64,000 bases of DNA from Lachnospiraceae bacterium. GTDB lineage: Bacteria; Bacillota; Clostridia; Lachnospirales; Lachnospiraceae. Below are positions 36,764 to 45,266 of the stretch, piece by piece. The stretch is from contig JAJQHZ010000085.1 in the NCBI GenBank assembly GCA_021199475.1, forward strand, positions 34,089 through 98,088. The letters run 5' to 3'. Below the pieces are notes generated by a model. It was not told where the DNA came from, did no database searches, and saw only the letters and a list, made by a program, of their open reading frames with translations. How positions within the stretch are numbered: position 1 is the stretch's first letter; each line of letters begins with the position of its first letter. A program made the position numbers and the translations under genes.

Positions 36764-37836
36764 GCGGACTGCCGGAGGAGAACTCCAGAAAAATAAATGC
36801 AGGAAGAGAAGGAAAATCCTGGTTTTATAATAAAAGCAGCCGGGACGTATTGAAAAACCAGTCAGGGAGATTGGGAAACGGGAAAGCAGCGGGGAATCGG
36901 CCTGGACGGATGCGGCGAAGAGAAGCGGCATGGAATCAGCCGGAGAGAATGCGCCGTGGAGGCACGGCGCGGAAGCTACCTGGAGGATTGAACGAAAATG
37001 GCTTGGGAAGGAATTCGCCGGGGAGGGTCAGTCGTAAAGAGTCGGAGCGGAAGCTTCCCAGAGGTGTGAACGGACAAAATAAGCCACGCGATAAACCGGA
37101 TGATTATTCGGTGTATTCTTTTTCAAATGGAGAACGGGCGAAATATCTGGTTTTGTACGCATTGCTGGACGCCTGCGTGAGTTACCTGTTTTTTTGCTCC
37201 GCGATTGCGTTTCTGCTGCTGTTTCCCGGAGCTGCGCTGTTTTTTCATGAGCAGAGAAAGGTGCTTTTGCGGAAGCGAAGGAAGGAAATCTCACAGCAGT
37301 TCCTGGATGGGATTCAGCTGATGCTGGCTGCTTTGCAGGCTGGTTATTCTCCCGAAAATGCGATTGGCGAGGCGGCGGCAGAGCTGCGGAAGATTTATCC
37401 TTCGGATGCGGTCATTGTGCGGGAATTTTACTGGATGGATGCGCAGGTACGGATGAGTCGGCCGCTGGAGGATCTGATGCTGGATTTTGGGAGGCGCACG
37501 GATATTCCGGATATCGTAAGCTTTGGCGAGGTCTTTCAGACTGCGAAGCGCACGGGCGGGGATCTGATCGCAATCATCCGGAACACCGTTTCCTGCATCC
37601 GGCAGAAGCAGGAGACTCTGCAGGAAATTGAAACCTGCCTGGCGGGAAAGGTGATGGAGCAGAATATCATGAGCGCGATCCCGATTCTGATACTGGCTTA
37701 TGTGAAACTGTCTTCACCGGGATTTCTGAGCATTATGTATGAGACGACTGCGGGACTGACCGTGATGGTGATCTGCTTTGGCGTGTATGTGCTGGCATTT
37801 TTCTGGGGACAGAGTATTGTGCGTATCGAAGTGTGA
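36673..37836 (+). CDS. type II secretion system F family protein (TadB-like); start uncertain
   Basis: T2SSF-like core from about 37111 onward (possible GTG at 37111). The ORF stays open for 146 further codons upstream and overlaps cpaF by 91 nt. Confidence 0.75.
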   Translation: MPKSDWNIAENQPAAKQTEARTGGYFTGGLSGLPEENSRKINAGREGKSWFYNKSSRDVLKNQSGRLGNGKAAGNRPGRMRRREAAWNQPERMRRGGTARKLPGGLNENGLGRNSPGRVSRKESERKLPRGVNGQNKPRDKPDDYSVYSFSNGERAKYLVLYALLDACVSYLFFCSAIAFLLLFPGAALFFHEQRKVLLRKRRKEISQQFLDGIQLMLAALQAGYSPENAIGEAAAELRKIYPSDAVIVREFYWMDAQVRMSRPLEDLMLDFGRRTDIPDIVSFGEVFQTAKRTGGDLIAIIRNTVSCIRQKQETLQEIETCLAGKVMEQNIMSAIPILILAYVKLSSPGFLSIMYETTAGLTVMVICFGVYVLAFFWGQSIVRIEV

Positions 37837-37868
37837 GCGGATCGCCGGAGAGATGCAGGAGAAATGAC

Positions 37869-39257
37869 ATGGTTGGGAGAAGAATCAGAACGGTTTTTAA
37901 CAGAGCGGGTGTGCTCCTGGTGAATTGGCTTGGGCTGGATCGGCCGGGGAAGGGGAAGCAGGACCTGCAGCAGGAGCTGATTGCCCTGTCAGCGGGCAGT
38001 AAATCAGCGGTGACGGATTTTTATGTCAGGAAGGTGGCATCGGTCCTGGCAGTATTGGTCATCGGGGCGATGCTGACAATCCTCTGTTTGCTGGTATACG
38101 GTCCAAACAGAGGACAGACGACATTGGATTCTCTGCTGCGGCCCGGCTATGGGGAAGGCGACAGAACAGAAGAATTGACGGTGCAGATCGAGGATGACGA
38201 CGAGGCGCAGACACTTGAGGTCACAATTCAGGAAAGAAAGTACACGGATGAGGAAAAACAGCAATTCCTTGATCGTGCACTGGAAGAACTGGACGAACTT
38301 CTTCTTGGCGAAAATGAATCGCCGGATGCGGTGCGGACGAGTCTGGTGTTCCCGGAAAGCTTGCAGGATGGGGCGGTGCAGGTTGACTGGATGAAGTCCC
38401 CATATGGGATTATCGGGCAGGATGGAAGCATTGTTCTGGCAGACAATGAAGAAGGAACTCTGGTGGAAATACAGGCGACCCTGGAATGTGATGGCCTGGA
38501 AGCAATGTACCGTGTCTCTGTGATGGTTTATCCTCCAAATATGACTGAGGAGGAGCAGCTTCTTGCCGCGATCCGCGAGGAAGTGATACGGGCGGATGAG
38601 GAGAGCAGCTATGAAAGCGAACTCGTTTTGCCGACTTTGGCGGCGGGGAAGGAGCTGCTGTGGCTGGACGAATCGGACAATCCGTCATTCTATGTTCTGG
38701 CGCTGACACTTGTTCTGACCGTCTGTGTATACCTGCGGATGGATAATCAGGTGCACGAAAAAGCGGAGGAGCGAAAAAAACAGCTGCTTCTGGACTATCC
38801 GGATCTGATGTGGAAAATGACCATGCTGCTGGGGGCGGGGATGAGCCTTCGCGGGGTGTTTTCCAGAATATCGGAAGAGTATGAGCTTGAGAAAAACAAG
38901 GAAGCTGCGAAAGGAAAGAGAGCAGGCCGGATTCGGTATGTATATGAAGAGGTTACCTGCACCTGCCGGGAGATGCAGAGCGGAATCGGTGAGGCTCAGG
39001 CCTATGAACGGTTTGGGAAACGGTGTCAGCTGCCGGAATATATCCGCATCGGTTCGGTGCTCTCCCAGAATCTGCGCAAAGGCGCCAAGGGGCTGACGGA
39101 GCTTTTGGAATCGGAGGCGGAGACGTCATTGATCGATCGCAGAAATCACGCCAGAAAAATCGGGGAGCAGGCCGGGACCAGGCTTCTCCTGCCGATGATT
39201 CTGATGCTGGGAATCGTGCTTGCGATTCTGATGGTGCCGGCGTTTTTGTCCTTCTGA
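37869..39257 (+). CDS. type II secretion system F family protein (TadC-like) with large extracytoplasmic insert
   Basis: ORF 37833-39257; ATG at 37869 after AGGAG; C-terminal T2SSF domain (GIGEAQAYERFGKRC ... LLLPMILMLGIV). Confidence 0.8.
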   Translation: MVGRRIRTVFNRAGVLLVNWLGLDRPGKGKQDLQQELIALSAGSKSAVTDFYVRKVASVLAVLVIGAMLTILCLLVYGPNRGQTTLDSLLRPGYGEGDRTEELTVQIEDDDEAQTLEVTIQERKYTDEEKQQFLDRALEELDELLLGENESPDAVRTSLVFPESLQDGAVQVDWMKSPYGIIGQDGSIVLADNEEGTLVEIQATLECDGLEAMYRVSVMVYPPNMTEEEQLLAAIREEVIRADEESSYESELVLPTLAAGKELLWLDESDNPSFYVLALTLVLTVCVYLRMDNQVHEKAEERKKQLLLDYPDLMWKMTMLLGAGMSLRGVFSRISEEYELEKNKEAAKGKRAGRIRYVYEEVTCTCREMQSGIGEAQAYERFGKRCQLPEYIRIGSVLSQNLRKGAKGLTELLESEAETSLIDRRNHARKIGEQAGTRLLLPMILMLGIVLAILMVPAFLSF

Positions 39258-39418
39258 ATTATTGTAAAAACAGCCTGTGTCCACGATTCATAAACGAAAC
39301 ATGGACAGAATCGTACGATGCAAAGATTTTCGCCGCAGTTCGGACGGATCAAGCGGGGTGCAGAAGCCCGGAGTGCGAATACTGGTGGTGATTGAGCCCC
39401 TGCTGAGGGAGAGGAAGA

Positions 39419-39451
39419 TTCAGGAAAGGTTCAGGAAAGGTTCAGGAAAGG
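39419..39451 (+). repeat. perfect 11-nt tandem repeat x3 (TTCAGGAAAGG) abutting the flp RBS
   Basis: Read directly. Confidence 0.95.
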
Positions 39452-39464
39452 AGATGTTGCGAAG

Positions 39465-39632
39465 ATGGATCATATCAAAGCATTTCTGCGGGAAGAGGAA
39501 GGCGTTGGAGTAGTGGAAATCATTTTGATTCTTGTTGTGCTGATCAGTCTCGTACTGATTTTCAAAGAGCAGCTTACGAGCATCGTGAATTCCATTTTCA
39601 GTAAAATCACAAGTCAGAGCAATAGTGTGTAA
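39465..39632 (+). CDS. flp: Flp family type IVb pilin (55 aa)
   Basis: Not in ORF track. MDHIKAFLREEEGVGVVEIILILVVLISLVLIF...: the G/VGVVE processing motif plus a hydrophobic helix is typical of Flp prepilins. Confidence 0.85.
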   Translation: MDHIKAFLREEEGVGVVEIILILVVLISLVLIFKEQLTSIVNSIFSKITSQSNSV

Positions 39633-39688
39633 AGGCTTGTCAGAAGACAGATTTATGAGAGGAAAGGTCGCCGGACGGAGGAGAGCGT

Positions 39689-41248
39689 ATGAACAGGAAC
39701 GCGTACAAAGGGTCAATCACAATCTTTTTAAGCCTGGCATGCATATTGTTTCTTGCTCTGATCTGTGCGGTGACGGAATCCGCAAGAGTTCAGGGGGCAA
39801 AGGCGCAGTCGGCCAACATCACTGGCATGGGGACCGTTTCTCTGCTGAGTGAATTTGAACCAAAGCTTCTGGAAAAATATGAGATTTTTTCACTTGACGG
39901 GGCTGCCGGAGGGAGCTTTCGCATTCAGACGGTGAACAGTCGGTTTGAAGAGTTCATCACCCGAAATACGAACCCGAAGAGAGGGCTATTGATGTCGCTG
40001 ACCTTTGACCCCTGGTGTCTGGAATTAAAATCGTGCGAAATCACAGACTATGCACTTCTGACGGACGACAAAGGGGAGGCGTTCTATCAGCAGGCGGTTT
40101 CTTACATGAAAGCCAATGTCGGGGTCATTGCGCTGGAAGAGCTGCTGAAGCTGGCGAACAGCACGGATGAGATTGAAGAGAAGCAGGAGGCATATGAGAC
40201 AAGCCAGAATAGCAATGACGGGCAGATGTCCGGACTGGAGGAGGAAAAACAGGAAAAGCTGGAGGCTCTGGAATCGGAAGCGGCGGATTCCGGAAGCGAT
40301 ACATCGAATTCTGGAAGCGGCGCATCGAATTCCGGAAGCGACGCATCGGCTTCTGACCAGGCAGCGGGGAACCCGCTTACAGAAATCGCGAAGCTTCGAA
40401 AGAAGAGTACGCTGGAAATTGTAACCTGGGATAAAACCCTTTCCGAAAAGAGTGTAACACTGAACCAGCAGCCGTCGAAAAGCAATCTGCGTTCCGGAAG
40501 TCTTGATCTTGAGGCGGAACACAGCGGTCTGGTATCGAATGTGCTGTTCCGGGAATATCTGGTGCGCTTTTTCCCGAACTTTGTAAGTGGGGAGACAGGT
40601 GCGGGCCTTGACTATCAGCTCGAGTATATTCTCGGAGGAAAGGCAACGGATAAAAACAATCTGAAATATGTGGTGAACCGGCTTTTGCTGCTCCGGGAAG
40701 GTATGAACTACGCATTCAGTGTCAGCGACCAGACCATGAACAGCCAGGCAGGAGCGCTTGCAACGACACTGACCGGTTTTCTGGGAATCCCGGCTCTCAC
40801 GGAAGCGACAAAGCACGCTCTGCTGCTGGCCTGGTCATATGGGGAAAGTCTGATAGATGTGCGTGTCTTGCTGGATGGAGGTAAGATTCCGCTTGCCAAG
40901 GATGAAGACTCGTGGTCGCTGACCCTGGAAAACCTCGGAAGGGTGACGGAGGTGTTGCAGGCCGGAGCTGAGGAAAAAGAGGATGGATTATCCTATCAGG
41001 AATATATCCGGATTCTGCTGAATATGGGGAGTCTTCCAAATCAGAAAATGCGCGCGCTGGACCTGATTCAGACGGCGATGCGTGCGGAGGACGGGATGAG
41101 CGGATTTCAGGTACAGAATTGTATAGTGGGAGTCAAGGTTCGCGCGACGTATCAGTGCGGGCAGGTTTTCTGGGGGCTGTCAGCTGCAGTTCTGGGGGCT
41201 TCCGGCGGTAACCCTGCCTTTACACAAACAGCAGGGCTGGCATATTAA
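39689..41248 (+). CDS. Tad-locus membrane-anchored protein (DUF5702-like, from memory of Clostridia Tad loci)
   Basis: 519-aa ORF; N-terminal pseudopilin-like GSITIFLSLACILFLALICAVTESAR; acidic/Ser-rich linker. Confidence 0.6.
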   Translation: MNRNAYKGSITIFLSLACILFLALICAVTESARVQGAKAQSANITGMGTVSLLSEFEPKLLEKYEIFSLDGAAGGSFRIQTVNSRFEEFITRNTNPKRGLLMSLTFDPWCLELKSCEITDYALLTDDKGEAFYQQAVSYMKANVGVIALEELLKLANSTDEIEEKQEAYETSQNSNDGQMSGLEEEKQEKLEALESEAADSGSDTSNSGSGASNSGSDASASDQAAGNPLTEIAKLRKKSTLEIVTWDKTLSEKSVTLNQQPSKSNLRSGSLDLEAEHSGLVSNVLFREYLVRFFPNFVSGETGAGLDYQLEYILGGKATDKNNLKYVVNRLLLLREGMNYAFSVSDQTMNSQAGALATTLTGFLGIPALTEATKHALLLAWSYGESLIDVRVLLDGGKIPLAKDEDSWSLTLENLGRVTEVLQAGAEEKEDGLSYQEYIRILLNMGSLPNQKMRALDLIQTAMRAEDGMSGFQVQNCIVGVKVRATYQCGQVFWGLSAAVLGASGGNPAFTQTAGLAY

Positions 41249-41456
41249 TCGGAATTTGCGTAAATGGTGGATGTGTATCGGATTGGGGTGCGTGTAAATG
41301 ATGAGTGTTTGTCTGGATCGGGTTGTGCGCAGCCGACATATCTGGAAGCGAATCAGGAAAGCGGGGTGAAGAAGAGTGCTTTTGTGCCGAAAGACTGGAA
41401 GTTATTTTAACAGGGAATTATATGACTTTCGTTGGAGAAAAAAAGAACACACACAC

Positions 41457-42347
41457 ATGCATATGAATAAAATTGCGGATCAATGGATCAGCAGGTTTGA
41501 GAATCGATTCTATAGAAAGGAGAGAACGACCCCGGGGATTAAAATATTCTGTTTAGAGAGTGCAAAAACACTCCTTTTTGCCCCGCTTCGGGCAACACTC
41601 ACCGTAGAAGCGGCGCTGGTTCTGCCAATGTTTTTGTTTTGCATGGTCACAGCGCTGCAGTACTGCCGTGCGATGGAGACCGCGATTGGGCTCGGTACCG
41701 CTCTGTCGGAGACCGGAAAGAGTATGGCGGTGGCTGCCTATGCGACTGCGTATACGGGAGAGACCGGAACCGGCGCACAGCTTGCGGTGAGCGCTCTTTC
41801 TCTGGCCTATGCACAGAACAGTGTGACAAGCCGGGCAGCGGACACGTCTGTGATAAAAAATACGAATCTGGCCTTGTCCACTCTGATGCAGGAGGATGAA
41901 ATGATTGACCTCGTTTTGACGTATCAGATTTCATCGCCGTTTGGTGTGTGCAATCTGCCGGGAAGCTTTTTTCTCCAACGCGCGAGTGTGCGGGCCTGGG
42001 TTGGGCGGACGGAGGAAGAAGAATCGGAGGAGGAGAGCGGGGAGGACGATGTCATTGTTTATGTAACGCCGACCGGTACGGTTTATCACACGACTACGGA
42101 TTGCACATACCTGAAACTGTCCGTCCATACAATTGACTGGAACACGCTCTCGACGTTGCGGAATAACAGCGGAGAAATCTATCGGGCGTGTGAATTGTGC
42201 AATGCACAGCCCGGCGGCATCGTGTACATCACGAATGATGGCAACCGTTATCACAGCTCACTCTCATGCAGCGGTCTGAAGCGAACCGTGACTGCGGTGA
42301 AGCTGTCGGAGGTCGGGGACAGGCATGCATGTTCCAAATGCGGATGA
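41457..42347 (+). CDS. TadE-like pseudopilin with C-terminal double Cys/His module
   Basis: ORF 41376-42347, ATG at 41457. TadE-like TLTVEAALVLPMFLF; C-terminus has two YH-x4-C ... C-x2-C units. Confidence 0.7.
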   Translation: MHMNKIADQWISRFENRFYRKERTTPGIKIFCLESAKTLLFAPLRATLTVEAALVLPMFLFCMVTALQYCRAMETAIGLGTALSETGKSMAVAAYATAYTGETGTGAQLAVSALSLAYAQNSVTSRAADTSVIKNTNLALSTLMQEDEMIDLVLTYQISSPFGVCNLPGSFFLQRASVRAWVGRTEEEESEEESGEDDVIVYVTPTGTVYHTTTDCTYLKLSVHTIDWNTLSTLRNNSGEIYRACELCNAQPGGIVYITNDGNRYHSSLSCSGLKRTVTAVKLSEVGDRHACSKCG

Positions 42348-42398
42348 TACAGGAACAAATTAAGTAATGAACATTGGGAAAGAGGAGGAGAATGCAGC

Positions 42399-42839
42399 AT
42401 GATAGGTCAATATATTCTGACAGGGCTGGTGCTGGTGATCAGTGCGTATACGGATATCCGGTACCGGAAAATTTACAGAAGCGTGATTGTAATCCATCTG
42501 ATTGCGGCTCTCGTTTTGCATCTTGTGATGCAGGACTGCGAAGCATGGGCTGCGTTAATGGGGCTGGTGCCGGGACTGGGCTTCCTGCTGTTGGCGGTTA
42601 TCACACATGAGTCGGTGGGACTCGGAGACGGTTTTCTGATGTTGTCCTGCGGCTTTTCTCTTGGAACATGGAAATGGCTGGCTGTACTGTTTACCTCGTT
42701 CGTCTGTGTGGGGTTGTGGGCGCTTTATCTGATTTGCTTTCGGGGCGGAAAGCGAAAAACAGCAATCCCGTATGTGCCATTTTTGCTGATGGGAGCCGTC
42801 ATACAGGGAATTATACAGGTTATACAGGGGATTATGTGA
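42399..42839 (+). CDS. A24 family prepilin peptidase (TadV/CpaA-type, no methyltransferase domain)
   Basis: 146-aa polytopic ORF with AYTDIRYRKI and GLGDGFLM aspartate motifs. Confidence 0.85.
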   Translation: MIGQYILTGLVLVISAYTDIRYRKIYRSVIVIHLIAALVLHLVMQDCEAWAALMGLVPGLGFLLLAVITHESVGLGDGFLMLSCGFSLGTWKWLAVLFTSFVCVGLWALYLICFRGGKRKTAIPYVPFLLMGAVIQGIIQVIQGIM

Positions 42840-42842
42840 TAA

Positions 42843-43448
42843 ATGGCTGGGAAGGAGGCGTGTTCAGACAGGATGGGAATGATAAAAAATGAGTGGTTAC
42901 ATATTGGCGGCGTGAATCCGTCGGGAATGGGAGGGGCTGACAGGGGAGAGGAATGGGAAAGCAGAAGAACTTCTGCGGAAGCTGTCAAGAAAGGGAGAAA
43001 GCAAAATGACGCCTGGAAAGGGAGTTATACGGTAGAGGCGGCTATGGTTGTATCCATTACCGTTTTTGTACTGGGAGCATTGATGATTGCGACATTTTAT
43101 GTGCATGATCGGGCAGTTTTTCAGAGCCTTGTCTGTGAAATCGCAACTGCGGGAAGTATTCAGGCCACCCAAAGTGAAAACGCGGACGCAGCGGATGCTG
43201 GTAAGGCACAGATGACCGCGTCGAGATTTCTGGGAAGCAGGAGCCTGTCGGGAAGTGTTACCTCCGGGGCTGAGGAGGCGACGGCGAGCTGGAGCGCGGT
43301 TTACCCGGTGCCAGGATTTGCGATGCGCTATCTGGCGGATGGTAATCTTTCGATAGAAGCATCCTGGAGCAGCAGGATTGTAGATCCTACGGACACGATC
43401 CGTCTGATTCGGGGAGCGGGCGAACTGATTACCGGAGGAGATGACTGA
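42843..43448 (+). CDS. TadE-like pilus assembly protein; start uncertain
   Basis: GSYTVEAAMVVSITVFVLGALMIA pseudopilin-like N-terminal segment; in-frame ATGs at 42843, 42873, 42879, 42927. Confidence 0.6.
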   Translation: MAGKEACSDRMGMIKNEWLHIGGVNPSGMGGADRGEEWESRRTSAEAVKKGRKQNDAWKGSYTVEAAMVVSITVFVLGALMIATFYVHDRAVFQSLVCEIATAGSIQATQSENADAADAGKAQMTASRFLGSRSLSGSVTSGAEEATASWSAVYPVPGFAMRYLADGNLSIEASWSSRIVDPTDTIRLIRGAGELITGGDD

Positions 43449-45021
43449 TGTGAAAATAGAATATAGAAGCGATCTCCAAAACAATTATCTGGTTTTGGAA
43501 GTGCCGGAAATAAGCGAGGAAGAGGATTATGGGCTGCGGATGGTACAGCAGAACCGGGTGAAGGGATTGTTGCAGGTGCACGAGTCCGGAATGGATGGAA
43601 AACGGTATTTGAACTATGAAATCACATCCCGGCAAACGCTGGAGAGCCTGTATGAAAAGAAGGTGATGGGATATCAGGATATTCTTTTCATATTCTCCGG
43701 CATATACGATACACTGGAAGAGATGCGGAAGTATCTGCTTTCCTGGCAGCGGCTTCTGTTCGCACCCGAGTTGATCTATGTCCTTCCGGAGCGCAGAGGA
43801 TTGCTGCTGTGCTATTATGCGAAGGAAGACGAATATCCGGTTACGGCATTGGCGGAATTTATTCTAAAGCGGCTTGATCACAGAGATCGACAGGCGGTTG
43901 CATTGGGCTATGGTTTTTACCAGCAGATATCCGAAGCAAATTTCAGTCTGGCAAAAACGCTGAAAGAGATTCTGGCCGGGGCGCGGGAGAACGGACAAGG
44001 GAAACATGGTTCCGGCCGTCAGGCCGCGCCGGACGGCAAGGGCGGAGCGGGTGCTGCCTGGGAATATGGCCGCAGTGCCGCCCCGGATGACAGGGGAAGA
44101 GCGGGTGCTGCCTGGGAATATGGAAAGCAGTCTTTGCCGGACGGCAGGGGTGGAACGGATGCTGCCTGGGAATATGGCCGTCAGGCCGCGCCGGACGACA
44201 GGAACAGACCAGGTGCCGCCTGGGAATGCGGTCGGCAGGGGCTACCCGATGGGAGGAGGGTATCGGATGCAGATGAAGAGCCGGAAAATGAGTGGATGGG
44301 GTGGGATCACCTGGAAAACGGGAAATGTGATAATAGTCAGCCCTTTGCTCAAAAGAGAAGCCGTAAAAAGAAACGGGAAAAGGATCTGGCGGACTGGCTC
44401 TTTTCAAAGGTGCATCCGGTTATTATGATTACCTTTCTATGCTGCATGGTTGTTCTTGAAGTATTGCTCGTGTTTGGTCTGCTTGGCATAAGGGAGGCCG
44501 GAGGCTGCTTTTTCCTGATACTGTCGGCAGAGGCGCTGATGAACCGCCGCATATTACATAAGAACAAGAATGAAACTGAGGAATGGGAGGAGGAAAACGA
44601 GGAGGAAAACGAGGAGGAAGAATATCAGAAAATCCTTCAGGAAGTATATCAGGCGGAACCGGAGGCGGAGCATGAGCCTCTGGAGGAGACATGCTATCTG
44701 AATACGGAAAAAGAAGAGGAACCATTGCGTCTGGTCTGTGTATCAAACGAGAACTTCCCGGATATCTATCCCGGGGAAGCCCCGCTTTATATCGGAAAAA
44801 TCCGGGGAGATGCGGATATTCTGCTGAACGTATCTACTGTGAGCAGGATACACGCCAGACTGGAGGTGAGGGAGAAGGCTTGCTATCTGAGAGATATGAA
44901 CAGTAAAAACGGAACCTTCATTAATGGCAGACGGCTGCTGCCGCAGGAGGAGTGTGAGCTTGGGGCAGAGGATTCGGTCGCATTTGCGGAGGTCGAATAT
45001 CGGGTGGTGGCACAGCGTTAA
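43441..45021 (+). CDS. FHA domain-containing membrane protein of the Tad locus (DUF6382-like N-domain)
   Basis: 526 aa. N-domain, 18-aa repeats (AAWEYG), one TM helix, acidic stretch, C-terminal FHA (VSRIHARLEV ... LRDMNSKNGTFING). Confidence 0.8.
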   Translation: MTDVKIEYRSDLQNNYLVLEVPEISEEEDYGLRMVQQNRVKGLLQVHESGMDGKRYLNYEITSRQTLESLYEKKVMGYQDILFIFSGIYDTLEEMRKYLLSWQRLLFAPELIYVLPERRGLLLCYYAKEDEYPVTALAEFILKRLDHRDRQAVALGYGFYQQISEANFSLAKTLKEILAGARENGQGKHGSGRQAAPDGKGGAGAAWEYGRSAAPDDRGRAGAAWEYGKQSLPDGRGGTDAAWEYGRQAAPDDRNRPGAAWECGRQGLPDGRRVSDADEEPENEWMGWDHLENGKCDNSQPFAQKRSRKKKREKDLADWLFSKVHPVIMITFLCCMVVLEVLLVFGLLGIREAGGCFFLILSAEALMNRRILHKNKNETEEWEEENEEENEEEEYQKILQEVYQAEPEAEHEPLEETCYLNTEKEEEPLRLVCVSNENFPDIYPGEAPLYIGKIRGDADILLNVSTVSRIHARLEVREKACYLRDMNSKNGTFINGRRLLPQEECELGAEDSVAFAEVEYRVVAQR

Positions 45022-45062
45022 AAAATTGCATCATTAAAATGCAATCGAGGGAGCGCCGCAAG

Positions 45063-45266
45063 TATGCGAAGCGAAGCAGAACCGCAGGTCGATCGGGGGT
45101 GAAGCTGGTGCGTGTGACAGGAGGCGGATTAATGCGAAGCGAAGCAGAACCGCAGGTCGATCGGGGTGAAGCTGGCGCGTGTGACAGGAGGCGGATCAAT
45201 GCGAAGCGAAGCAGAACCGCAGGCCGATCTGGGGTGGGTCTGGCGCAACGTGACAGGAAGAGGTTC
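45063..45266. repeat. about 67-nt tandem repeat x3
   Basis: ATGCGAAGCGAAGCAGAACCGCAGGTCGATCGGGGTGAAGCTGG(Y)GCGTGTGACAGGAGGCGGAT(Y)A repeated; third copy diverged and abuts the GNAT gene 3' end. Confidence 0.9.
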
